A stretch of 64,000 nt of DNA from an uncultured delta proteobacterium (GCA_963841435.1 CAWJCS010000001.1:320001-384000), one strand, 5' to 3'; positions 19,201 to 28,804 are shown, counted from the first letter of the stretch. Notes: generated by a model not told the origin, from the letters alone. Made by a program: numbers and translations.

Positions 19201-20589
19201 GTCGGCCCGATTCACGGGCTTTGAGGCCGTTGCCAACGTGATGGCGTCTGCAACGCCGGCCGGGATGCTGTCGGCCACCGCTCGTGGGTCGAGCTCGTGC
19301 TCCACGGCAAGGCGCTGATCGAGCTCCAACACGTTGTCCGCAACGGGACGCCCCGTGAGCACGAGGTAGGCGAGCGCCCCCAAACTGAACATGTCGGAAA
19401 CAGGACCACGCGCGCCCGGATTTTCCCGGAGCTCGGGCGCCTGATAGATCGCCCACGGCTCTCCTGCCATCGCCGACCAATGCAGTGTGGGCGTGACGTC
19501 GCGACCCATGCCGAGCTGAAAGTTGTAGAGGCGGACATCGAGCGAGCCGTCGTCGCCTTCACGAACCAGGACCGCGTTCGGAGCAAGAGCTCCATGAACG
19601 ACGCTCTTTCGATGGCAATGGTGCAGCGCCCGGCCAACCTGGGTGATGAGATCGACGCGGTGGTCGAAGCTCAAGTCGGGGTGGCTCCGAAGGAAGGCGT
19701 CGAGCGGTACGCCGTCGAAAGCGTCGAACAGCACCGTGGGACCGAGCGGCGAGTCGGTCACGTAGTCCACCAAGTGGAGGACATTCCGGTGGTCTTTCAC
19801 GTCCTCGAGCAGCCGTGCTTCGCGGTCCGCCGCTCGCCGCAGCTGCTGGCGGCGTTCCACGCTCGTCTGCTGCGGCACCAGGTAGATGCGTGCCCGCCGT
19901 TTCAAAGCCTTCGTTTCGGCGTGCTGAGCCAGACGATCCTGGTAACCCGAACCTTCCTCGACGATCGCCCCGAGCTCGTAGGCACCGACGCGTGCGACAC
20001 CCTTGCTTGCCCGCACACCGATGGCCTCGAGCGCCTGGGCCACGGCCCGTTGTTGCGGCGCGTTGATCCGGTGGCGCTCGCCACCCTCCACGCCGGGGAA
20101 CTTGTGGTTCTTGATCGCCTCGAGCAGCCCCTTGCGCGTCACCACGCAATGGTCCCCCCAGTGCTGAAAACGCATCTCCGCTTCCGGGTGGCTGAGAAAC
20201 ACGAGCGGCTGCACCCACGGGCACCGCACCTGGTCGCGGATGCGCGCCTGAAGCAGACCCTTGAGCACCTTGGACTTGAAGTTCGTGAGCTTGAGCGGTG
20301 GGTCCATGTACCGCGCCGGCTCACCCGGGGCCGCTCGGTACCAGTCGGTCCTATCCCCACTGTACACGCCCGGCCCACTCTTGATCTCGACGAGATAGAT
20401 CGCCGAAAAGCCGAGCACGATTGCGTCCACCTCGAGCAGGCGCCCCGTGGAAGGATCCAGGAACTCGACGAGCTCCCACACGTTGTACGGGTCCGTGTCC
20501 GGCAGCGTCTCGCGCATGAACGCGAGCGCCTCTTGCTCGTGGGCATACGGCGACTGCCCCTGAAGCACGATGCGCGCCTTGCTCAGCAC
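16249..20589 (-). CDS. pglW: BREX-2 serine/threonine kinase PglW (NERD + two kinase domains + RNAP alpha-CTD-like HhH)
   Basis: GTG 20589 after GGAGG. NERD (EVDAIV..VEIK), degenerate kinase (HGALAPNAV), intact kinase (HRDIKPAN, LFDFSL), IEALPLSVRARNAL. Confidence 0.92.
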   Translation of the reverse strand: MLSKARIVLQGQSPYAHEQEALAFMRETLPDTDPYNVWELVEFLDPSTGRLLEVDAIVLGFSAIYLVEIKSGPGVYSGDRTDWYRAAPGEPARYMDPPLKLTNFKSKVLKGLLQARIRDQVRCPWVQPLVFLSHPEAEMRFQHWGDHCVVTRKGLLEAIKNHKFPGVEGGERHRINAPQQRAVAQALEAIGVRASKGVARVGAYELGAIVEEGSGYQDRLAQHAETKALKRRARIYLVPQQTSVERRQQLRRAADREARLLEDVKDHRNVLHLVDYVTDSPLGPTVLFDAFDGVPLDAFLRSHPDLSFDHRVDLITQVGRALHHCHRKSVVHGALAPNAVLVREGDDGSLDVRLYNFQLGMGRDVTPTLHWSAMAGEPWAIYQAPELRENPGARGPVSDMFSLGALAYLVLTGRPVADNVLELDQRLAVEHELDPRAVADSIPAGVADAITLATASKPVNRADDVQQWLDDYFLEAATSPEPKEETPEVSPLEARKGDILGGNLLVLGVLGQGASSRVLEVDRDGRSLALKVALTPDDDGRLAEEARALGSLRHARIVQLVDQRSLSGRTCLLMAKAGEQTLQRYLAREGAVSLDYASRFGEDLLLALEELEERQILHRDIKPANLGVGAVTKKAHHLTLFDFSLALELKSDQSAHIGRTQLGVGTAVYRDPFLRLRGAWDAAADRWSAAVTLHEMLTGVRPSFSVAGAPALEPEAELVLAAERFDASVREHLVPFFERALHRDVAARFESATAMRKAYNRCFEPTAEAIATAPPTTVVSSDAEPAPQAPPPDLASIAPEAAIEALPLSVRARNALDRAGLTYARDLLDLPDNRLSAVRGVGSLVAKEILAFRDAWSAARSLAPEEGRPFFAAYRGEDILVTTAGLEPSAAVVLRDAGLQTLTAVAQAPERQIETLARKANVSPDTIRSVLEEENTRSNARKRPTTLEGWIDALLPAKKGKRAQNLRSLFGLAEPFVGKIGVPVADVARALSMTPANLYIQLGKEREQWAQHGALPELRRTVHAIVEEAGGAVPVERAAALLCERIPADGSSTRELTLAAAAALLRIVSQVEREEDGGIAWERLGTSPWLFGNAALVPVLEALGGLADELAARPVLASPGEVARLLAASVLGTPLEALSAERLTELATLASQRAARSARLEIYPRGLDPERALTLSTTVLTGELTPSAIHQRVLTRYPEASPLPEHPELDALVEKLGMKWDEERRLYARPGDRRGTQHTSFPSVASLPTLPSSQQSLDPRYIALEDFEDRLRITQDRRTLKVLGVRSDKAADAALALTEALGIRRVSLDVELSKAIHWLVKKHGVNLDVLYRADQLGPGGDDWQELRLVAQRAAERVANELLPAPAPLLLVQPGLLSRFRLEGFLKRLLDASRDPKCAAIFLLVPSHDSVGVPRINGELTIPEVGLPQTLWVPLEWVKARRDKSAA

Positions 20590-20639
20590 CGCGCCGCCTC
20601 CCCGCCACCGTCGAATCCCAGAAGCGCCACGCCCTCCCC

Positions 20640-21332
20640 CTACTTCCCTTCCGCAAGCGCGCGAGCGGACGCGCTGTCGTCGGGCGCGGCGTCCGGCGAG
20701 AGCACCAGCTTGGCCCCGGGTCGAAGCTCCAGAGTGTCCTTCGCCGAAACAATGCGGGGACGCTTCGAAACGTTGAGCAGACCGCCGGCCACGGCGGCGA
20801 CCTGCCGATGCCCCGGCGCCGTGGCGACCACCGTCACCTGATCGGCCCAGTCGAGATCCCGTCCGCTCGCAAACGCCCTCACCAGCGCCGCCACGGCGCT
20901 TGGCCCCGCCACGACGAACCGATCCGCCGCACCGACCGGCGGCACGTCGAACGGCTGAAGCTTGATCTCCCAAGCCGAAGCGACATCCGTGAGGGCCCCG
21001 ATCACATCGCCCGGCGGCGCCCCGCGCTCCACCGCCTGAAACAACGCCGCGGCATCCACCCCGTCGAGCGCCTCCCACTCCGGCCCGAACGCCTCATCCT
21101 CCGCCACGCCCTGCAACCCGAACACCGTCCTGGCCCCGAACGCCCCGGGCCACTGCACGTCGGCATCGCGCAGCATCAGATCGATGCGGTCGGCATCCGT
21201 GAGGTCGCCCCGGAGCTCCCCCCACAAAGCCTGCGCGTCAGCGCCGAAGCGGCGCTTGGTCGGGGTCCGTGCGTCGATGAACCTGAGACACGTCAGGGCG
21301 GCGCGGTAGTAGGCGAGGCTGGCGGAGGACAC
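20640..21332 (-). CDS. Hypothetical protein, first gene of the BREX-2 operon
   Basis: ~230 aa globular-looking ORF (SLAYYRAALTCLRFID...) co-oriented with pglW and ending ~50 bp before it. Start at GTG 21332 is uncertain. Confidence 0.7.
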   Translation of the reverse strand: MSSASLAYYRAALTCLRFIDARTPTKRRFGADAQALWGELRGDLTDADRIDLMLRDADVQWPGAFGARTVFGLQGVAEDEAFGPEWEALDGVDAAALFQAVERGAPPGDVIGALTDVASAWEIKLQPFDVPPVGAADRFVVAGPSAVAALVRAFASGRDLDWADQVTVVATAPGHRQVAAVAGGLLNVSKRPRIVSAKDTLELRPGAKLVLSPDAAPDDSASARALAEGK

Positions 21333-21485
21333 AGGGGGGGAGCGAGGGTAACTCCATTGGGGAGGGGACAGAGCACACAAAAGCCTCTCCGGGCTCCGTT
21401 GAACGCGACCCGCCGCCCGGGCCGCGCACGCGGACTCGTGCCGCCGGGTTCGTTACTCACGGCAACCGCGCGCAGCGACACGTCC

Positions 21486-22583
21486 CTAGGGACCCCGATC
21501 CTGACCTCCCACCGGCACGATGCGGTACGCGATCTCCTGGCAGGAATAGTGTCGTCGGCTGATCTTGTTCAGGCGCTCCGGCAAGCCCTCGTACCATTCG
21601 TGCATTTGCACGGCACTGGGTTCACCCCTTGGGGGCGCGAGATCGCCGACGTACTCCGCGTGGTCGAAACCGCAGAGGATCATATCCTCTTGAGCAGGTT
21701 GGGCCGGATCGCGGAGCGTGGCTCGGAGCTCCGGCAACTCGCGACGCTCGTTGCGTGCTACGGCGACGCTGGGGTTGTCTTCATTGGGCAATAGCTTGCC
21801 GACTTGGCCGTCCGCTTCACGGTAGTAGACGAGTAGCCACACGGGCCGATTGGGCGCCACCGTGATCCGGTAGGTTTGCCCGTTTTCGAGCTCCGTGGGC
21901 ATGGCGGCGTTGAGCTCGAGCCGCCCCCGATGCTTTGGGCCAGCCACGGTGAACATCCAAGCTTGCGGCGTCTCCCAGCTGAAGGATGTCGCGTTCGCCT
22001 GGTCCTGGCTGGCGCCGGCCTGCGTACCCACGCTCAAAACGCCGACGTTGCCCGAGCCCCGCTGATACGCATGCCGGTCGATCCGCCGTGAGCCAGTACC
22101 GACGCGCACGGAGGCGACGAGCCAGTCACCGCAGTCTCCCTGGAGGTCCGCGTCGAGCCGGGCCTCGTTCTTGATGGTCACGGCAACATGAGCTTCCTCC
22201 CCGTATTCGACCTTCAATTTCGCGATCTCGTCAACCTCGATTCCTCCCCCTGCGACCCGTTTCAGATCATCCTCGTAGGTTCGGCTCCACGCCTCGGGCG
22301 TCGAGCGCACATCGACCTTGCAGCCAGGCCTGAGCTCGTCGGCGATCGTGAGGCCGCCGCCAGGCGTGCGGCTCACCGCCCGTCCTACGAGCTCACCTGG
22401 ATTGCCCCTCGGACGAAACAACAAGTGCTCGTCGTGAGCCAAACCTTGCGCCTCGGCCTGGGCCTCCACGGTATCGCCCTTGGGCGAACCGAGCCCCGCG
22501 TCCTGGGGTTTTGGAAGCGCAGGACCGCACGCCAGAGCAAGGAGTGCAGCGTGGCCGACGGCAAAGAACTCGAGCGCCCTCAC
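21486..22583 (-). CDS. Lipoprotein with C-terminal DUF4384-like domain
   Basis: Lipobox LALAC; C-terminal GQTYRITVAPNRPVWLLVYYREADGQVGKLLPN. Confidence 0.65.
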   Translation of the reverse strand: MRALEFFAVGHAALLALACGPALPKPQDAGLGSPKGDTVEAQAEAQGLAHDEHLLFRPRGNPGELVGRAVSRTPGGGLTIADELRPGCKVDVRSTPEAWSRTYEDDLKRVAGGGIEVDEIAKLKVEYGEEAHVAVTIKNEARLDADLQGDCGDWLVASVRVGTGSRRIDRHAYQRGSGNVGVLSVGTQAGASQDQANATSFSWETPQAWMFTVAGPKHRGRLELNAAMPTELENGQTYRITVAPNRPVWLLVYYREADGQVGKLLPNEDNPSVAVARNERRELPELRATLRDPAQPAQEDMILCGFDHAEYVGDLAPPRGEPSAVQMHEWYEGLPERLNKISRRHYSCQEIAYRIVPVGGQDRGP

Positions 22584-24022
22584 GGCCGCGCCCGACTTTC
22601 AACGATCATCTCCTGGACCGCGCGTGGCTCGGCCTCAGCTGCCTTGGCAAGCTCAAGGTCCTTGCGGTCACCCTCGAGCGTTGGCGTTTGCAATCGGTCA
22701 CCCGCGAGGAGCACACGCATCGTGTCGCCCACGTAGGTGTCAACCTCCGTCGCCGTGACCTTGCCATCCTTGTCGGTGTCGGCCCAGCCGCGGAGAGCCC
22801 CCAGCACTAGATACGAGAACGCAGGCCGATCGGCGCCGGGCAAAGGTCCAGCGTACTGGTCACTCCTTGCTGCGGTCATGACCACGGCGCCCGAAGGTGC
22901 TTCCGGCTTGACCACCGCGGACGGCATCAGCCCTCGAACGAGCACCTGGCCGTTTTCAGCACGCCCGCTGAAACACGCGTCCAGCACCACGACGGGGGTG
23001 CCCTGGGACTTCGCCATCGTGCGAAGCAGGTCGCGTGTCTTCACGCTTCGGTCTTCGAGACCTTCGGCGGTTTGGTAGGCGTCGTACCCCACCAAGAGCC
23101 CCTGTTGATCGTGGCTCGGAGCTCCGTGCCCGATGAAGACGAACCAAAGCTTCCCCCCGGGCCGTACTCGCCTGACGGCGTCATTCACGGAGTACTTGAT
23201 CTGCTGGTCTCGCGCGTCCTTGTCTTCGAGGATCCGGACGCTTCCTCGGGGCACACTGCGAGTCTTGCTGAGGTAGTTGACCCACGCTTCAGCGTTCGCG
23301 AGGGCACCCGGAACTTCGGGGAGCTCGGCGTAGTGTTCGATCGCGACGATCACCGCCGCGTCCCCGGAACCGTCCTTTTGGTTCTCGAGCTCGGGGGATA
23401 GGTCCGGCCACCTGGCACGGTGCACCGCCGGGGACGGGGCAATGGCGCGCCTAGCGCTGGCCGTTTCGGGCACTTCTGTCGCGTCCTCGGGCTCCTCGGC
23501 GGTTTCCGCCGCCGGAGTCGCCTTCGCAAAGGCCACGAGCCGCCGCGAGCCCTTCATGTGTTCCGACAGCTCGGCCGCAACGTCCTTGGCCGTATCGTCG
23601 CTCGATGGATCTCCGGAGGCGCTGAACGCATCGAGCAGCACGCCGTTCGGATCAAACACCTTCACCTGGATCCTCGCGGAGGTCGACTCGAGTGGCTTGC
23701 CGTTGACGATCAGGAAGCGGTTCTGGGATGTCTCGAGATCCGCCCGGATCTCGACGCGAACGGCTGTTCCGGCGCGATCAGGCGTGACGAGATTGAATCC
23801 GTCGTGAACGAGCCGGGCCTGGATCTCTCCCACCAGCGCGTCCCCGAACCCCGAATACGTGGTTGCCGCGGCGCCCGAGACCACCACCGTTGGGCTGATG
23901 GCGACCGTAAGTCCTTCCAGGGCGCGCGGCATCGCCGTGTGCGTCTGAACCGTGCTTCCGCCGCAGGCTTCCAGGAAGCCGACGGTAAGCGCCAGGCACA
24001 CCGCCAGCGTACAGCCTGTCAT
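22580..24022 (-). CDS. Exported caspase-family (peptidase C14) protein
   Basis: Lipoprotein-like N-terminus (LEACG); catalytic dyad FIGHG and LDACFSG; ADTDKDGKVT motif; ATGA overlap with the downstream gene. Confidence 0.8.
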   Translation of the reverse strand: MTGCTLAVCLALTVGFLEACGGSTVQTHTAMPRALEGLTVAISPTVVVSGAAATTYSGFGDALVGEIQARLVHDGFNLVTPDRAGTAVRVEIRADLETSQNRFLIVNGKPLESTSARIQVKVFDPNGVLLDAFSASGDPSSDDTAKDVAAELSEHMKGSRRLVAFAKATPAAETAEEPEDATEVPETASARRAIAPSPAVHRARWPDLSPELENQKDGSGDAAVIVAIEHYAELPEVPGALANAEAWVNYLSKTRSVPRGSVRILEDKDARDQQIKYSVNDAVRRVRPGGKLWFVFIGHGAPSHDQQGLLVGYDAYQTAEGLEDRSVKTRDLLRTMAKSQGTPVVVLDACFSGRAENGQVLVRGLMPSAVVKPEAPSGAVVMTAARSDQYAGPLPGADRPAFSYLVLGALRGWADTDKDGKVTATEVDTYVGDTMRVLLAGDRLQTPTLEGDRKDLELAKAAEAEPRAVQEMIVESRARP

Positions 24023-24394
24023 CCCAACAAAGAGTTCGACCACCCATTCGTATCCCCTTTCAACGTGCTTGCGCGCACCGCGCACCCAACACCTCTCTCG
24101 CGTCGCCGCCTTCTTCCATCCCATGGACCCGCGAACCTAGCCCCGAGGGCAAGCCAAAGGAAGTCTTCTGTTCAGTCGGGTCCTTGCAAGTCAAAACACT
24201 CTCGGAGCTCTGCAAACGCCTGCCGGACCTCGACTTCGGCGGTTCGCGCGGCATCACTGACCGAGGACACCGCTTCGCCCACTCGCTCGGCGTCGGCCGC
24301 GAGCAACGACGGATTGAGGGCGCGCGAAAAGGAGGGGGGCCGCTGCAGCGCGCCCTGGATTCGGTCCAGGAGACTCGTTTTATCAGCCTTCGCC

Positions 24395-24685
24395 ATGGCG
24401 ATCCTGCTCGTGCTCGCCTCGACGATCCTCTACCTGGCCGAGCACGATGCGCAGCCCGACACCTTCGGAAGCATCCCGGCGGCTGCATGGTGGGGCGTCG
24501 CGACCCTCACCACGGTGGGCTACGGCGACGCCACGCCGATCACGGTGCTCGGGAAGGTGGCAGCGGCGATCGTGTCGGTCATGGGCATCGGGCTGTTTGC
24601 GCTGCCCGCGGCGATCCTGGGATCGGCGTTCGTGGAGCAGCTCAAGGTGGACACGAAGTGTCCGCATTGCGGGAAGGACATCTGA
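24395..24685 (+). CDS. Potassium channel pore module (TM-P-TM), possibly 5'-truncated
   Basis: WWGVATLTTVGYGD selectivity filter; C-terminal CPHC; no S1-S4 region upstream. Confidence 0.7.
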   Translation: MAILLVLASTILYLAEHDAQPDTFGSIPAAAWWGVATLTTVGYGDATPITVLGKVAAAIVSVMGIGLFALPAAILGSAFVEQLKVDTKCPHCGKDI

Positions 24686-24730
24686 GTCTCATAGCCCGCG
24701 GCGACTTGTTCCACCGGCTGCTCTCCGCCA

Positions 24731-25186
24731 TCAAGTTTCGTCTTTGTCCTCCCAGCCGACCACTTGATCGTCGTCGAGGTAGACGCGAAGCGCATATCGG
24801 TTCACGCCGACGGGGCGATACTTGAACGTGCGCTTGGTTTTCGTCTTCAGAACTTTTTCGTCCACCGCGACCGGCTGACCGAGAATCTCGACCGTCATGG
24901 CAGCTGAGCACCCGAGCCAAAGGCGCCCGGCCCAGATTCTGTGTGCATCGGCCTCACCATATCGACCGCAAAGGTACGCCCATCGCTCGCCGCGCTGGCG
25001 CTCTTGTTCGGCGCGGTACGCTGCCTCCTGTCGTTGTTGTTCCGCAACCGCGGCAGTGTGGAGGGCGAGCGCCCGCGCTTGTCTCTGCTTTCCCGATCGG
25101 TAGGCGATGGCAGCCCATCCAACGACCGCAAGTCCGGCGATCACGACCGCTGTGACAGGGCTATTCAGCCCAATCCCGCCGATCAC
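24731..25186 (-). CDS. Hypothetical membrane-anchored protein
   Basis: N-terminal TM, coiled linker and C-terminal SmpA/OmlA-like pattern (LGQP...VYLDDDQVVGW). Confidence 0.6.
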   Translation of the reverse strand: MIGGIGLNSPVTAVVIAGLAVVGWAAIAYRSGKQRQARALALHTAAVAEQQRQEAAYRAEQERQRGERWAYLCGRYGEADAHRIWAGRLWLGCSAAMTVEILGQPVAVDEKVLKTKTKRTFKYRPVGVNRYALRVYLDDDQVVGWEDKDET

Positions 25187-25225
25187 TATCAGCGCTACTC
25201 CGGACAGAAGAAGGCTGGCGAGACC

Positions 25226-25459
25226 TTACAGGCACCCGCCGGATCCTGCGCCATCACGGGACGCCGCGACTTGAGAGACGCCGACGCGGGATGTGTAGGA
25301 AATCCCGGTGCCGGGGATGCCCACGGTCGTGCGGGTACCCCGCGAGCTGAAGTTTACGTGCGCCCCACGAACGCCCACCGACAAGCTTGCGCCCCGCTTG
25401 CCCAGGTTGATTCGTCCAAACTTGCCCAGCCTGATGCTACGTCGAAACAGCAAGCCCAC
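25226..25459 (-). CDS. DUF4236 domain protein
   Basis: MGLLFRRSIRLG..RINLGK.G.S.SVG....TVGIPGTGISY signature. Confidence 0.85.
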   Translation of the reverse strand: MGLLFRRSIRLGKFGRINLGKRGASLSVGVRGAHVNFSSRGTRTTVGIPGTGISYTSRVGVSQVAASRDGAGSGGCL

Positions 25460-25525
25460 AATTCACCCAGCATACGTCCCTCCGGGCGAGCCGTGCCCGG
25501 AAAACGGCGTGAGGGTCGCGTCGCG

Positions 25526-25562
25526 CCTCACCCCCCGCCCGCGACCACCTCACCCCCCGCCC
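25526..25562. repeat. Direct repeat CCTCACCCCCCGCCC x2
   Basis: 15-bp unit at 25526 and 25548. Confidence 0.7.
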
Positions 25563-25680
25563 CCGTCTCGAGCTTCCTCCCGTCCACGAGCCATCGCTCC
25601 TGGAACGCGCGGCGCTTGGTCACGTCGATACCGATCCACTTGCCGAGATTGCGGAGCAGCGCCAGCAGCGACTGCGACGC

Positions 25681-25746
25681 TCAGCTCTCTTCCAGGCGCT
25701 CGAGCTCTTCCACGTCTGCGAGGTCTTTGGCGCGCGCTGCGGGTCT
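25681..25746 (-). pseudogene. C-terminal fragment of a nucleotidyltransferase-like toxin
   Basis: RPAARAKDLADVEELERLEES* matches the R-x-KD-x-x-D C-terminal motif of AbiEii-like nucleotidyltransferases. Confidence 0.45.
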
Positions 25747-26353
25747 CGATGGCGCCGAAGCGCGCGACGACGGGCGCGGGCTCGGCGGCGGCGGGCGGTG
25801 GCATGAGCGAGACGGAGGGACGCGGCGCGCCGCCCTTCAGGTGCGCGGCGAGCTCGCGCAGGAACGCGGGGACGTCGCCGCCGCTCACCACGGCGCCCGC
25901 GCTGCCGTCCCGGCGCCGGTAGCCGAGCGCGAGGCGCGGCCGGCGCTCGCCCTCGAGCACGGGGAAGAAGAGGTGATCGCGGAGCGAGCGCTCGAGTAGC
26001 TCCTGGGCCACCCGGCCGAGCTCGCTCGGCGCGCGCTCGCCCTCGAGCTCCGGCACGCTGAGCGGACCGAGGCGCAGTCCCTCGAGGACGAGCACCGCGC
26101 GCGCCGAGCCGGCCGGCACCGCGAGCTCGAGTTGCGCGCCCGAGAGCGCCCGGAGCTTCGGCGCGTTCGCCGTGCGCGACACCGTTCCGTCACGCACACC
26201 GAGCAGGTCGCGATCGAAGTGGGGCGCCCTCGCGCAAGACGCGGAGGAAGCTCACCCCGGCGCACCCGTCCACGTCTTGCTTGGCGAAGCGGTCAACGTC
26301 GCCTCGTTGCTCGAAAACTTCTGGGAGCCGACCGTCGACCAGAAGGGCAATCG

Positions 26354-28130
26354 CTATCCGGGCCCCGCGCGAGACAGGATGATGCCGCGCTCGCCGACCG
26401 CGAACGCGCGCCCGTCGGGCGCCGTCGCCAGGGCATTGAGCGGAACCCTGATGTCGTCTCCGAGCGGGTGATTGCCGGGCCCCGTGTAGGAGCAGAGAGT
26501 CCATGCGTCGTCGGCCGCGAGCGGCACCACGCTCGGCTGATCTTCGGAGCCGCCGCCGGAGCCGGGGCACTCACCTTTCCTCTTGGCCCACCGGTCGCCA
26601 TCCCAGCCGATGAGCGCGTCGTTCTGTCCGGCCACGAGCCCCCAGCTCGGGACTCCGATCGCGAGTGCATGACGCGGCCCCGTACCGCGCACGCGGAGCA
26701 GCGTGTGCTCGGTCGGGCTGGGCAGCTCGGCCCAGCGCTCGCCATCGAAATGCAGGATCGTTCCGCGCTCACCGACCGCCCATACGTCACCCGCCCTGCT
26801 GCCCCACAAGCCGCGCAGCGTCGCCCTGGTCGGCGAGGCTCGCATCTCCAGAGCTTGGCCGTCGAAGTGAAGCAGCGTCCCGTCGGCCCCGGCGAACCAG
26901 AACGTCGTCAGCGTTGCTGCCCCAGACGCCGTAGAGGTTCCGGCTCACACCGCTCGGAACCACCTTCCAACCCGCGCAGTCGCGCTGGAGCACGGTGCCC
27001 GCGTCGCCGACGGCCCACGCCGAGCAACCGCTCCCCGCCCAGACGCCGTTCAACGCGGCGTCGCTGACCGTCTTACGAGCCGGCGTCCACGAGCGCCCGT
27101 CCCAGTGCAGGAGCATGCTGTCACCGACCGCCCAGGCATCGTCGTGGCTCGTGCCCCACACGTCCCAGAGCTCTCCGCGCGTCCCGCTGTCGAAGGCTTC
27201 GAAGCTCGTGCCATCGAAATGGTAGAGAGCGCCGCCCTTGCCGACCACCCACACGTCGTCGTCACTCGCGCCCCAGATCGAACGCAAGAGCGGCCGCGCC
27301 TTGCGCGGCGTCGCCGCATCCGGAACCGGCAGAACGACCCAACTCCCGTTGCGCCACGCCTGAACGACACCAAAGATCGGAGCGCGCACGAGCACGAGGC
27401 TTGACTCGCGCGTGCCCCCGAAGGTGCGACCGACCGGGCTCGGCAGCCCCGCCATCTTGAACGTGCCGTCCCAACCCGAGCCGTCGGGGCGCGGTGTCGC
27501 GACGCCACCGCTCGCCGTGCGGTAAGTGAACCACTGGCACACCATTGCGCGGCAGGAGCTCGGCAATCGCTCCGTCCAGCGCGTCCCGTCGAAGGTGGAC
27601 ACGGCTCCACGGTCGGTGAGGATCCATGGCGTGCCCTGCTCGGAGAACCCGCCCACGACCTCGCGCTCGCCGATGCGAGATGGTGCATCGGGCAGCTTCG
27701 TCCAGCGCCGGCCGTCGAAGTGCCTGGGCCAGACGCCGATGGCATAGACGTCGTTCGGCGCGCGACCGAAGAGCTGGTCGCTCACGAAGAGCTCCGGGAG
27801 GTCAACGCGCGACCAGCGCGTACCGTCGAAGTGGAGCAACACGCCTTCCTCGCCGGATGCCCAATAATCGTCGGGTGCGGAGCCCCAGACCGCTCGCATC
27901 GCCTCTCCGTGCGGTAGCGGGTTCTCCCAGCACCACCGCCGCATGCAGTCACCGCGCGGCACGGCGTCCGCGGCAGACTTCGGCTCTTGGGCGACCTCGA
28001 GCGCGGGCGTCGCGCTCTTTACCGGTGCCGGCGAAGCGCTCGAAGGCCGCGGGACGACCCGCACCCGGCTCGCGCAGCCCGCGCCGAAGACGACCCCAGC
28101 GACGACGATGACCGCGAGCCTGTCCGACAT
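26354..28130 (-). CDS. Lipoprotein with repeated WG-x4-DVW-x-VG (beta-propeller-like) units; one frameshift near 26900
   Basis: Lipobox GAGC; many WGxxxDDxW...LHFDG repeats continuing across ORFs 26787..28343 and 26354..26845. Confidence 0.75.
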
Positions 28131-28313
28131 GGTGACCGAATTGTGACGCATCACACCCTGCTTGCTTTGGGTAGCAGAACGACAAAGCAGCCGGATCACC
28201 GCGACAAGCGCGCGCGTGCGCGCGATGGCGGGCTCGCCGAAGGCGACGTTTGGGTCCGCCGCCACTCCCAGCACATCTCGGCCCGCATGCGCTCCCTGAA
28301 CCACCGCGCGGCG

Positions 28314-28345
28314 TCCACCTTCACCATTTTCCTTCACCTTCACCG
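28314..28345 (+). repeat. Pyrimidine-rich (TTCACC)n-like tract
   Basis: tccaccttcaccattttccttcaccttcaccg. Confidence 0.6.
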
Positions 28346-28549
28346 CATCCCCTCCCGGACGCGCTCCCTCGCAGAAGAGCTTGCTCTCGCGAATGAAGGA
28401 TCCTCACATCGTGTGGGCGGACGACGCTTGCGACTCCAGCCCGTCGACGACAGTGGTCGTCTGCGATGAGTGAGATGTCTTGCTGCCCGCGCTGGTTCGT
28501 CGGCCGCCACGAGCTGCGCATCGGACACGCTTCCCTCAGTGCTGCAGGA

Positions 28550-28804
28550 TCACCGGCAACGATAGATCTCGCCCGGCCACGCCGAACGAGGCAGCGTGGA
28601 AGAGCCGCCACGAAGTGCCTGGTGATGTTCGATGAGGCGGACGGCGGCGGCGAGCCTCTGCTCGGGCGTGCACTCCGCATACGGTGATTCCTTCCGCTGC
28701 CCGAGCGAAACGACTTCGACGGTCATGCGCGCTCGCCGTGCGGCGGCTCTGACCTTGCGGGCTTCGCATCGCTGAATCGTATCATGTCGCTCGCTGCCCT
28801 TCAT
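28550..28804 (-). CDS. Small antitoxin-like protein of the type that precedes nucleotidyltransferase genes
   Basis: TPEQRLAAAVRL...LPRSAWPGE pattern; followed by an overlapping GTG start (VILQH*) that stops after 5 codons. Confidence 0.5.
   Translation of the reverse strand: MKGSERHDTIQRCEARKVRAAARRARMTVEVVSLGQRKESPYAECTPEQRLAAAVRLIEHHQALRGGSSTLPRSAWPGEIYRCR

Noticed and set aside
6622..19224. Very long plus-strand ORFs (6622..9759, 15268..19224)
   Set aside because: Antisense shadows of pglY and pglW/pglX, expected at this GC content; no recognisable motifs.
20590..21078. N-terminal extension of PglW in the ORF track
   Set aside because: Low-complexity Arg/Gly sequence overlapping the upstream gene; GTG 20589 has a good RBS and begins the NERD region.
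21334..21340. G7 tract just upstream of the operon's first gene as a phase-variation switch
   Set aside because: A 7-nt run is short and unremarkable in high-GC DNA; no evidence of length variation.
25595..25650. Fragment LGKWIGIDVT resembling a DNA methyltransferase motif (minus strand)
   Set aside because: Too short to distinguish from chance.
25750..26350. Overlapping ORFs 25550..26197 (-) and 26172..26471 (+)
   Set aside because: No recognisable family or clear start; may be gene debris, so left uncalled.
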